Assembly (NCBI GenBank): GCA_964057225.1
Contig: OZ059898.1
Coordinates: 10,292,001 to 10,356,000, forward strand
Direction: 5' to 3'
DNA: 64,000 nt
From: Auanema rhodensis
Lineage: Eukaryota > Animalia > Nematoda
Part shown: positions 1-11,400 of the stretch, one piece after another
Numbering within the stretch: the stretch's first letter is position 1
How the letters are laid out: every line of letters begins with the position of its first letter
The notes under the pieces: generated by a model
What the model was told of the DNA's origin: nothing
Databases searched by the model: none
Seen by the model: only the letters and a program-made list of their open reading frames with translations
Program-made: the position numbers and the translations under genes

Positions 1-197
1 AAAATATGGTAACAGTTTTTATTAAAAGTTTCCATGATTAAGATTAAACAAAGAAAAAAAATCAAAGAGAAACACTTCTTGTTTACTAATTTGATTATAA
101 CACTTGAAAATCCAACAAAAGTAAAATAAAACTGTAAAAGCGAGTAAAACTGTTGAAATAAAACAGTTTTTATTAAATATAAATGATATTTTTTTAT

Positions 198-202
198 AAA
201 AA
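198..202 (-). terminator. Pol III oligo-T terminator (T5) of the first tRNA; an equivalent T5 or T4 follows nearly every copy
   Basis: Minus strand reads tRNA-ACTTCATTTTT; most central copies read ACTTCACTTTT. Confidence 0.7.
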
Positions 203-208
203 TGAAGT

Positions 209-279
209 TGCATCGGCCGGGAATCGAACCCGGGTCGCCCGCGTGGCAGGCGAGCATTCTACCACTGAACCACCGATGC
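209..279 (-). tRNA. tRNA-Gly(GCC)
   Basis: Reverse complement GCATCGGTGGTTCAGTGGTAGAATGCTCGCCTGCCACGCGGGCGACCCGGGTTCGATTCCCGGCCGATGCA: 7-bp acceptor stem, A box, GCC anticodon, GGTTCGATTCC B box, no encoded CCA. Confidence 0.97.
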
Positions 280-1067
280 TTGTTAGATTGTTTCCGAAAA
301 ATTATGAAAAGTCAAGTTCTACTGATTTGAAGAAAATTGTAAGTTTTAGAAAATAATTAAAAATAAGTTCTCTCTACTATTAACTGATTGTCGGCTAAAA
401 TATGGTAACAGTTTTCATGAAAAGTTTCCATGATTAGGATTAAACAAAAAAAAGAATTAAAAAGAAACACTTTTTGTTTACTTATTTGATTATAATACTT
501 GAAATTCCAAAAACAGTAGAATAAAATTGAGAAATCGACAAAAACAGTTGAACAATTTGAAGACAATTGTAAGTTGAAGAAAAAAATTAAAGTTTAGCTC
601 TCTCTACTATTTAATGATTGTCGGCTGAAATATGGTGACAGTTTTTTATTAAAAGTTTCCATGATTAAGATTAAACAAAGAAAAAAAATCAAAGAGAAAC
701 ACTTCTTATTTACTTACTTGATTATAATACTTGAAATTCCAAAAACAGTAAAATAAAATAGAGAAAGCGACGAAAAAAGTTGAACAATTTGAAGACAATT
801 GTAAGTTGAAGAAAAAAATTAAAGTTTAGCTCTCTCTACTATTTAATGATTGTCGGCTAAAATATGGTAACAGTTTTTATTAAAAGTTTCCATGATTAAG
901 ATTGAACAAAGAAAAAAAAATCAAAGAGAAACACTTCTTGTTTACTAATTTGATTATAACACTTGAAAATCCAACAAAAGTAAAATAAAACTGTAAAAGC
1001 GAGTAAAACTGTTGAAATAAAACAGTTTTTATTAAATATAAATGATATTTTTTTATAAAAATGAAGT

Positions 1068-1138
1068 TGCATCGGCCGGGAATCGAACCCGGGTCGCCCG
1101 CGTGGCAGGCGAGCATTCTACCACTGAACCACCGATGC
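1068..1138 (-). tRNA. tRNA-Gly(GCC)
   Basis: Identical 71-nt copy. Confidence 0.97.
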
Positions 1139-1926
1139 TTGTTAGATTGTTTCCGAAAAATTATGAAAAGTCAAGTTCTACTGATTTGAAGAGAATTGTA
1201 AGTTTTAGAAAAGAATTAAAGTTCAGCTATCTCTACTATTAACTGATTATCGGCTAAAATAAGGTAACAGTTTTTATTAAAAGTTTCCATGATTAAGATT
1301 AAACAAAGAAAAAAAATCAAAGAGAAACACTTCTTGTTTACTTATTTGATTATAATACTTGAAATTCGAAAAAAAGTAAAAAACAATTGAGAAAGCGACA
1401 TAAACAGTTGAACGATTTGAAGAGAATTGTAAGTTTTAGAAAAGAATTGAAGTTTAGCTTTGTCTACTATTAACTGATTATCGGCTGAAATATGGTGACA
1501 GTTTTTTTTTAAAAGTTTCCATGATTAAGATTAATCAAAGAAAAAAAATCAAAGAGAAACACTTCTTGTTTACTAATTTGATTATAACACTTGAAATTCC
1601 AACAAAAGTAAAGTAAAACTGTTAAAGCGAGTAAAACTGTTGAAGAATTTGAAGACAATTGTAAGTTGAAGAATAAAATTAAAGTTTAGCTCTCTCTACT
1701 ATTAACTGAATGTCGGCTAAAATATGGTAACAGTTTTTATTAAAAGTTTCCATGATTAAGATTAAACAAAGAAAAAAAATCAAAGAGAAACACTTCTTGT
1801 TTACTAATTTGATTATAACACTTGAAAATCCAACAAAAGTAAAATAAAACTGTAAAAGCGAGTAAAACTGTTGAAATAAAACAGTTTTTATTAAATATAA
1901 ATGATATTTTTTTATAAAAATGAAGT

Positions 1927-1997
1927 TGCATCGGCCGGGAATCGAACCCGGGTCGCCCGCGTGGCAGGCGAGCATTCTACCACTGAACCACCGATGC
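1927..1997 (-). tRNA. tRNA-Gly(GCC)
   Basis: Identical 71-nt copy. Confidence 0.97.
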
Positions 1998-2785
1998 TTG
2001 TTAGATTGTTTCCGAAAAATTATGAAAAGTCAAGTTCTACTGATTTGAAGAAAATTGTAAGTTTTAGAAAATAATTAAAAATAAGTTCTCTCTACTATTA
2101 ACTGATTGTCGGCTAAAATATGGTAACAGTTTTCATGAAAAGTTTCCATGATTAGGATTAAACAAAAAAAAGAATTAAAAAGAAACACTTCTTGTTTACT
2201 TACTTGATTATACTACTTGAAATTCGAAAAAAAGTAAAAAACAATTGAGAAAGCGACATAAACAGTTGAACGATTTGAAGAGAATTGTAAGTTTAAGAAA
2301 AGATTTAAAGTTTAGCTTTGTCTACTATTTAATGATTGTCGGCTGAAATATGGTGACAGTTTTTTATTAAAAGTTTCCATGATTAAGATTAAACAAAGAA
2401 AAAAAATCAAAGAGAAACACTTCTTATTTACTTACTTGATTATAATACTTGAAATTCCAAAAACAGTAAAATAAAATAGAGAAAGCGACGAAAAAAGTTG
2501 AACAATTTGAAGACAATTGTAAGTTGAAGAAAAAAATTAAAGTTTAGCTCTCTCTACTATTTAATGATTGTCGGCTAAAATATGGTAACAGTTTTTATTA
2601 AAAGTTTCCATGATTAAGATTGAACAAAGAAAAAAAAATCAAAGAGAAACACTTCTTGTTTACTAATTTGATTATAACACTTGAAAATCCAACAAAAGTA
2701 AAATAAAACTGTAAAAGCGAGTAAAACTGTTGAAATAAAACAGTTTTTATTAAATATAAATGATATTTTTTTATAAAAATGAAGT

Positions 2786-2856
2786 TGCATCGGCCGGGAA
2801 TCGAACCCGGGTCGCCCGCGTGGCAGGCGAGCATTCTACCACTGAACCACCGATGC
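2786..2856 (-). tRNA. tRNA-Gly(GCC)
   Basis: Identical 71-nt copy. Confidence 0.97.
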
Positions 2857-3645
2857 TTGTTAGATTGTTTCCGAAAAATTATGAAAAGTCAAGTTCTACT
2901 GATTTGAAGAGAATTGTAAGTTTTAGAAAAGAATTAAAGTTCAGCTATCTCTACTATTAACTGATTATCGGCTAAAATAAGGTAACAGTTTTTATTAAAA
3001 GTTTCCATGATTAAGATTAAACAAAGAAAAAAAATCAAAGAGAAACACTTCTTGTTTACTTATTTGATTATAATACTTGAAATTCGAAAAAAAGTAAAAA
3101 ACAATTGAGAAAGCGACATAAACAGTTGAACGATTTGAAGAGAATTGTAAGTTTTAGAAAAGAATTGAAGTTTAGCTTTGTCTACTATTAACTGATTATC
3201 GGCTGAAATATGGTGACAGTTTTTTTTTAAAAGTTTCCATGATTAAGATTAATCAAAGAAAAAAAAATCAAAGAGAAACACTTCTTGTTTACTAATTTGA
3301 TTATAACACTTGAAATTCCAACAAAAGTAAAGTAAAACTGTTAAAGCGAGTAAAACTGTTGAACAATTTGAAGACAATTGTAAGTTGAAGAATAAAATTA
3401 AAGTTTAGCTCTCTCTACTATTAACTGAATGTCGGCTAAAATATGGTAACAGTTTTTATTAAAAGTTTCCATGATTAAGATTAAACAAAGAAAAAAAATC
3501 AAAGAGAAACACTTCTTGTTTACTAATTTGATTATAACACTTGAAAATCCAACAAAAGTAAAATAAAACTGTAAAAGCGAGTAAAACTGTTGAAATAAAA
3601 CAGTTTTTATTAAATATAAATGATATTTTTTTATAAAAATGAAGT

Positions 3646-3716
3646 TGCATCGGCCGGGAATCGAACCCGGGTCGCCCGCGTGGCAGGCGAGCATTCTACC
3701 ACTGAACCACCGATGC
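3646..3716 (-). tRNA. tRNA-Gly(GCC), 5' flank replaced by the gypsy 3' LTR
   Basis: Identical 71-nt copy; LTR begins 3 nt upstream of G1. Confidence 0.97.
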
Positions 3717-3719
3717 TTG
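3716..3719. repeat. Target-site duplication CTTG (left copy)
   Basis: Empty site in neighbouring units is gatgcttgttag; the filled site reads gatg-CTTG-[element]-CTTG-ttag. Confidence 0.85.
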
Positions 3720-4085
3720 CGTTCCATTATGCTCCTACGTATATTGAACAGACCATTGTAGTCTGCTCAACTACGCGTATAGTATTCCATAAGTGTAGCG
3801 GTATGGAAACAGAGCATAAGGATTACATAAGATAAGGAAATATATAGGTTTATTATACACAATACAATATCATTACAATACATTAACACAAGGATAAAGT
3901 AAACTACATTTACAAGACAAAGACTAATATATAAGATTAACTAAGTTAGATGCAAACCGTCCATGGGCTTGCAAAGGGGCGAACTCCCGAATAGGGGCAT
4001 GAGGGAAGGCGGTGCCATTCCTCATTCCTCTAGTCGGTCTGGCTCTAACCCTGCAGTTACATATATAGAGTCTCCGAATGGAACG
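3720..4085 (-). repeat. 3' LTR (366 bp)
   Basis: cgttccatt...aatggaacg, matches 15426-15791; 9-bp terminal inverted repeat; AATAAA on the minus strand at 3849-3854. Confidence 0.96.
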
Positions 4086-4087
4086 TG

Positions 4088-4096
4088 CCCTTTTTC
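4088..4096 (-). promoter_or_regulatory. Polypurine tract
   Basis: Minus strand GAAAAAGGG, then CA, then the 3' LTR. Confidence 0.75.
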
Positions 4097-4790
4097 AAAG
4101 ATTGTCGCGACCTCGCGATATTTTAAACAAAAATTTGGGCTTATATGTAACTGAGTTTTAGAGTTCAATTGTTTTAGCTTCACAATAACTATAGTATGAT
4201 AGAGTTTTAGTTAGTATACAAACAAAATTACAATAATTTATAAGAAGGGTTCAATATAATATGAAGGGACGATGAATTAGAATATTATTAATTTCATAAA
4301 TTAATTATCTTAATATTCAAGCATTTCCTAATAGAGATTGTAGAATAAAGGGGCTAGTAATGAATGGGAATATGTTATTATTTTGACTAATGGTCTCAAG
4401 AAGTACTCATTTCTAAATTGAACCGAGATTATGATTTAATAATGTGTCTCCATATGTCTCCCAGAGTGAATCCTTGATTACTAATGGAGACTACCACTTA
4501 AGATGAAATTGTGGTTGATACGCCTACCAGTGTTCATCTCATCTTATTTGGAGAGGCACATGGAGCTCGGATGGTTGTCAAAATGTCCTCTAGTCCGCAT
4601 AGGATTACGGTAACTTGGAACCATTAGTCATAACATCTCCTCGTTTAGAATTTGCCTTATTTTTCCTTTCTCAATCTCTATTAAATGCTATTTTTATTTT
4701 GAATGTTATTTAGCATTAATTTTTTTTTTTTTTTTTTAATTCATCGTTATTTTGTTACAATAATTTAAATAACGTAGCATTATCTTGTTG

Positions 4791-7700
4791 TTATTCTTCT
4801 TCATTCCTCGGAAGCCATATTTCGTCTTCATTTTCATCTTCTGGCTCTGTATCTATGCTATCCTTGTTGTTCCTGTTGATCACTTCTATTATTTCGATGT
4901 CGCTATCTTCTTCTGCTTGACTTTCTCGAAACCTTGCGCGAGTGTTGTAAGAGATGTTTTGTGAAGCAGGAGAGAAGATTTTCAAGTTATCTTTGTGGAT
5001 ATCTTGTAGTTTTCCTGATGAATTTCTGATTTGAACTTTTGATCCTTCTACGTTGATGACTTCGCATGGTCCATCATAGCTTTTCCGAAGCTTTTGGCCG
5101 ATTTGGTGTGATTTTATAGTCGTCATCACCATGTCGCCCGGTTGAATGTCTCTATGGTGTGCTCTTTGCGTTCTATCTTTCTTCTTTTTCGCATTTTCTT
5201 GATTTTTAGCTATGCGGTTCTTTATTATTTCGTCTCTCTTGTCCATATCTGGTCTTCTTTGGAGTAATTCTTCAGAAATTTCTTGAATTTTGGTGATCGT
5301 TTCTGGTAATTCAGCGTCCATTGACATTCTGCATTCTTTACCGAATAATGCAATGTATGGCGCAATCCCTGTAGTCGCGTGCTGAATATTGTTAATAGCA
5401 AAAGTGATTTTTGGTAATACAGTATCCCAGTCACTAAGGTCCTCTTTTAAGTAGTGGGTTAATCCTTCTTCGAGGGTTCGGTGAAGTCTTTCCACTTGTC
5501 CATTTGAGTTCTTTTGGTGTGGTAGTGTTGGTTCATGTTTGATTCCAAGTTTAGTACACATTTCTTCGAACTTTTTAGATACAAAGTTTGAACCTCTATC
5601 GGTGATCAAGCGATGGGGTGGTCCAAAAATGTAAACGAAATGTCTTAGAAATCGATCAATTGTGATTTCCGTTGTTATTTGTGGTACAGCAATTGTTGTT
5701 GACCATTTTGTAAATGCGTCTTGCATGGTAATGACGTAGGTACAGTTTCTTTTTGAAGGGGGAAATGGTCCCATTACGTCCATGTGGACTCGTTCAAATG
5801 GCTTGCTTGGTATCTCAAAATGACCTATTGGTTGTACCGTCATGGAATGTGGATCTTTTTTTCTTTGAGCACATTTAATGCAGTTCTTGATGAATATAGT
5901 AATGTCGTTCTGCATATTTGTCCAATAGAATCTTCTTAGAATTGCTTCTTTTGTTTTAATAATTCCTTGATGTGCTGCAATTGTAGGATCCTCATGAAAA
6001 ACTTTGATTATTTCCTCAATTATGGGGTGTTCTTGTGGTATTACGATAGCGGGTTGTGGCTTTTTGTCTGTTGGTTTTGTATAGAGCAAGTCATTTATGA
6101 CACAATATCTGTCATTAGCTGTCATGTTCTTTTGTGCTCTATATTCAATCTCCGCTATCGTCCGTTTAATCCAAGGGGTGCTTAGTTGAATTTCCTTTAT
6201 TGTTGGTGTATTTATGGCGTTAATGTGAATTTCTTCCATTTTCTTCTTCTTTGTTTCCGGCTTAGCATCGTTAGCTTCTTCACCTATATATCGAGATAGA
6301 GCATCGCATACTTTATTTAATTGGCCTGCGCGATATTTTATTTCAATATCATATTCTTGGATGACCAGCTGGAACTTCGCAAGACGACCAAATAAGTCTC
6401 TGCGTGTCATTAAGCTGGTAAGAGGTCGATGGTCCGTAATACATATAGTATGAGTTCCAAGAATGTATGTACGGAATTGATTTAATGCATATACAAGGCC
6501 TAATGCTTCTATCTCGATTGGTGCGTAGTTACGTTCGGCTTTAACTAGTTTTCTGCTTGCAAATGCGATAGGGTGTAGATTTTTCAGAGGTTGTTTTGGA
6601 TCTTCCGGTTGTAATAATACAGCACCTATGGCGATGTTACTACCGTCGCTTTCAACTATAAACAAGCGGTCCGATTTAGGTGGGCTTAAAACGGGTGCCT
6701 GTATTAAACTTCTTTTAAGGAGGTCTAAAGCTTCTTGATGTTTGTTTTCCCATTTGAATTCAGTATCTGCCTTTGTCAGATCGTATAAAGGGCTTGCGAT
6801 ACGTGCAAAATCTTTCATGAATTTGCGAAAGAATCCAACCATTCCCAAGAATGCTCGTACACCTGTTGCATTCTTTGGTGCCGGATAATCTTGTATGGCG
6901 GCGACTTTTTGAGGGTCAGGTTTTATACCTTGACGTCCTACAATAAGTCCTAGAAATTTCACTTCTGGTTGAGCAAAAGCGCATTTCTTAAGCTTTATCT
7001 TCATTCCCAATTCTTCTACTGCTTGCAGTAAATCATCGATATCTTTGAGATGTTGTTCTCTTGTATCAGATATAACTAATAGATCGTCCAAATAAACAAA
7101 TAGTTTACAAGAACATTTACTTTGCAAATACCTTACTGCTGTTTGAAAGGTATGAGGGGCTCCACAAAGGCCCATCGGCATCCGTTTGTACTGGTATGTG
7201 CCGGATGTGGTCGTAAATGCTGTTAGTGGTCGATCTGATTTTCTCAAGGATATTTGAAAAAATCCTGACACTAAATCGAAGTTTGAGAAAAATTGGGCGC
7301 CTGCTGCCAAATCAACTATGTCAGAAATGCTTGGAATGACATAAGTTTGCTTGCGTGTGACATTATTTAAAGCTCGAAAATCTGTCACAAACCTATACGT
7401 GTCATCTTTCTTCTTAACTAGTACTACAGGGCTATTAAATAGAGATGTAGAAGGCTCTATTATGCCTTGCTCAAGCATTTCTTTGACTTGTTTTTCAATT
7501 TCTTCCTGTTTTCCTAAGGGAATACGTGTTATTCTCGGCTTTGGCATATCCATATCTGTTCTCAATGGTATGGTATGCTCTATAGGACCTTTAAATAAGC
7601 CTATTTTCCTGTCCTCGTTAAGAAATGCCTCACGATGGCTTTCAATTATTTTTGTAAGCTCATGTTTTTCTTCTTTCGTGAGATCAGCATTCTCTAGATC

Positions 7701-8470
7701 AAGATCTTTTATGAAGTCTCTTGGAAAATATGGTAGTTTACTCTCCCAATCGGCCTCTGGCGGAACATATGGTAGAATTGGCTTATGCTTAAAGGGTTCA
7801 CAAGCCGGAATTTCTCCAATTATTGCCTGTCCGATGACTGAATTAGCTTCCATAGCTATTGTTTCATCGGTATTGTTACGGAACATAACATATACTCCAC
7901 TGGTATCACGAAACGCAGTTGGATATAATGATTTTAATGCGCTTCCACTATCCCCTAAGACAACCACTTCGTTAGATTCTAGTGGTTTATCTGTCTTTAT
8001 TGGGATAGGTGCCTCTTCATCAGGCTTTAATGTTTTTGTTCTTAAATTAATGATATTCACAGTTATCTCCGTATGCTTAATAGATTCGTTTCCTATTAAT
8101 GGGATGGCATTGTTTCCAATCTCCAACCTCTTCTTGGATGGTTTAAGGCTGACGTCGATGTTTTCGCTGTCAAGCGCTTTCATGAAATCTAGTCCAATTA
8201 AAGCGGGAGCAGGACAGTCATGATCGTTTGAGACCAAAAAGGTGTGTTCGATCTCGTAACCGGCAATTTCAATTACAAGATTTATCTTTCCATAAAATGT
8301 GAAAGTGGACTTGTTGGCTGCCATCGCTACTAAATGTCTCTTCTTGACATTTTCGGCCATGTTCAGATATTTGAGGGTGGAGAGCCTAACATATGACACT
8401 GATGAGCCTGAATCCCATAAAGCTAAAATCAGTTTATCTTCAACTGATATATATATTAATGGTAACTTTG
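4791..8470 (-). other. pol: Pol region: aspartic protease, reverse transcriptase, RNase H, integrase
   Basis: DSG, SPVVLVKKKD..YRFVTDFRALN, DLVSGFFQI, MPMGL, YLDD, RAFLGMVGFFRKF, integrase core. Confidence 0.97.
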
Positions 8471-11400
8471 TTTCCGCTGATACAATAGAAGCAACAAATG
8501 GTATTGCGATTGGAATAAATGTTACTAAAGCAGGATAGTATTGCTTCATGATGTTATCTGGCATCTGTTGGTCTGGGCGGCTTACAAGTTCCAATGTTTC
8601 TTCATAGCTTGGGGGCTCATTATCTATTTCGTGGACATGCATTACGGTTAGTGGAGTGGCTCTGAAGAACCAAAATTTAGCAACAACGAAAAGAATTATT
8701 AATACTGCGGCAATCGTAACCATTGATCCTATGAAGATGAGTGTTCTCTCAATTGATCCTATTAGAAATTGCTTTACGCTAGTCCAGGCGGAAGTTGTGA
8801 ACTCAGCTGCTTTAGAGATATAGTCACTGCCCTTTTTCAAAAGATTAAAGGCGGACGTAATTTTTGGATCGTTGTGAATAGTATGTAAAACATGGTTCTG
8901 TCGTATGGATGCTAAACTTGCTCCATATGCAATAGCTGTTGACATTGAGTAAACTCTCAATGATAAATTGGTGTATAAGTTAGCGCCTGTGAACTTTAAA
9001 GGTGTTAATTGGTGGTATTGCGCTTTATCAAAGAGTGATATTGGTTTTACTTCAACCGATCCATTTATATTTATCCATTCTCCATTTTGATAGTATACAT
9101 CTGTGGGTACATGTTCGCAATCTATCTCTTTTCCATGTGTTAATAAGTCTCTTGATCCTGGAGCAGCAAAATATAATCTCTCATCTTCTGTTATTACTGG
9201 TGTTTCCAAATAGCATGTATCATTGATCTTATGATTATGATAAACAGCTTTAGGTTGAAGAGGTAGGCATATATGAACATGAACTATATCGCTGCCTACG
9301 AAACGGGCTGCAATATCCTCTCTTCCTAAAATAGTCCTCATTGCTATTGTAGGTTCTATGTGTAAAATAGAACGCCATAGCTCGAGGTATCTATTTTGAA
9401 TCTCACATATGGATTCATAAGATTCCATGAAATGTTTCTGTAGCTCTTCTTGTATGAGTGTTGTTGTATATTGTAGATGATCTTGAGCTATTCTGCGAGA
9501 TACGTTGAGGTTGAATTGTATTTCGTTGTTCACTTTTGACGCTGTATACGTTGCCTGAGCCTGAATTTCTCTGGTTTCTACGGGTGGAGATGATGTTCTT
9601 TGTTTCCTTAAGATTCGTGACGCCGTGTCAGTGACTGTTGCTAATGTTGTTGGCGAGAGAGTCGTAGTTATCGCGGCTGTTGTCGTCTCAACTGTGGTTG
9701 TCGTCGGAATCCGAGTCGTATGGCTTTTAGTTGTCTCCTGAACTAGTGAAGCGGGTTTGTCCGTTGTTGTCGTTAATGACAGTCTTCTAGTCAGATAAGG
9801 CGGTGTTTCAATATCCTCTAACAGTGGTAAAAATGTTTTTATAAGTAGCTGGCGTGTATCTGCGCTTGGGTTTTGAATGCGAGGGTGGGGCCCTATCGAT
9901 ATACCGTAGTTAGAATCTTTATCTCGATATAATTTGTTGGTATCTGGCACATTGATTGTTAATTGTCGGAACTTTTCATCATCTACGGCTGCTGCTGTTT
10001 TATTTGGCCTTATTACTCGCAATGTCATCAAGTTATGGTATAAGTAAAGAGTGTTTCTAAGTACTATACGCTCATCAGCATTGTCAGTTGTTAGAGTTGG
10101 TCGGATCGGCGGCATGTTCACAAAGGATTTTAAAACCTCTTGCCTTGATGGTACCGACAGATTGTTTTCAAATATTACCGGTGTATAAGCTAACTCCATC
10201 GCTATGCTTTCGGCTCTTTCACGGTAGGATCCGTCTTTTTCTAGCAGTTTTTCGTCAAATTCGTGTGCTGTTAATCTGTCACCTATCTGTTCTAATAATT
10301 GTTGTGAGGTTAAATACCGTATAGCGCCGCGAGTGGTTGCTGCCAGTTCCTTTTGCGCAAGAAAATAAAGTATTGCTTCCTCAGGGTCGTGTATTTCGTA
10401 TGTTTGAAGGAAACGTTGTATGGATTTATCAGATACGGGACTTCTTAAGAAGAAATAAAACTTCTCGGGATGTGCTGAAACCCAGTCAATAATTGAATAT
10501 GAAGGGTTGACAGCTCGTCTGGCCTTTATAAGCGGTATTATCTGATAAATACCAGGATTACTCATCACCGGTCGTAAGAAAGGATAAGGACAAATATTTA
10601 ATATTAAAGTTTCAAAATCTTCCTGTTTTTGTATCCACTCCTTGTTTAATTCAACCGTGCATTCCGCAATTGCTCTTTTATCTCTTTTCGCCGGAAGTTT
10701 CTTATATTCTCTCTCTATTAAAACATGGATATTGGTGTCATTTGGGTACTGTGGTAAGAGAATGTAATTGCCAGTTGTGGTGTGGAAGATTGGCTGTTTA
10801 AAACAAGAAGATATTTGCTTCGGTATCTCTTTTTGATCGATTACAAGGGCTGATTGAGTGGTTGGTAACAGAATAATGCCGTCTCCAATTATCACATCAT
10901 ATTCACTCATGTCGATATAGTTGCATCGATATTCATAAGGCTGTTTCTCCCATATGATGATTGAGGTATCTGATGCACATTCTCCATGATGCGCTAAGCA
11001 TCCTTCAGTATTTAGTATTAAATTGGAGATTATAGTTTCATCTGGCATCCGTGTCATAACCCCTCTTTCGATAACCAATCTGGCTTTCTCTTCACATAGT
11101 TCATTATTAAAAGATCGGCCTGGCGAGAAGGAAGGCTCGTCAGTTGCATATGTTATGCTGTCGATCTTCTTTAATTCACTCCAATTCCATCTTCTATCTC
11201 TCACTGCCAGTCTGCATTCTGCAGCTGGTATCTTTTCAATTCTCGCTATCGTTGTATTGGTATCTCTAAGGAACAAAAGGTCTCTGATACACATTTTATG
11301 AATTTCTTTGGAGCATCTCCATGCATCCCATTCATGTGCCGTTTGATTCCTTGTATAAAGATGAACTTTTGTTCGTAAGATATGCTTTATTGGTGGTAAT

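Larger units (their letters stand above)
1..3719. repeat. Satellite-tRNA tandem array, left part (~231-bp AT-rich monomer; tRNA-Gly every 859-860 bp; 1718-bp higher-order unit)
   Basis: Monomer landmark ctctactat recurs about every 231 bp (e.g. ~372, ~602, ~834); tRNA starts at 209, 1068, 1927, 2786, 3646; continues off the left edge. Confidence 0.97.

Noticed and set aside
146-170. 9-bp inverted repeat aaaactgtt/aacagtttt downstream of the tRNA
   Set aside because: Low-complexity, AT-rich and broken in the commoner variant (aacagtcttt); no evidence of function
3715-3719. 5-bp TSD GCTTG
   Set aside because: The G at 15791 is also present at the internal LTR end (4085) and completes the 9-bp inverted repeat, so it belongs to the LTR; the 4-bp TSD is preferred, with 1-nt ambiguity
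3963-4154. MGLQRGELP ORFs in both LTRs (also 15669-15869)
   Set aside because: Short, cross the LTR boundary into different flanks, no coding evidence
4097-4790. Extra ORF or env in the 3' untranslated region of the gypsy element
   Set aside because: Only very short frames; a small spliced exon cannot be excluded but is unsupported
7351-8223. 290-aa plus-strand ORF and other small ORFs opposite the gypsy polyprotein
   Set aside because: Antisense shadow of pol with a non-ATG start and no recognisable motifs
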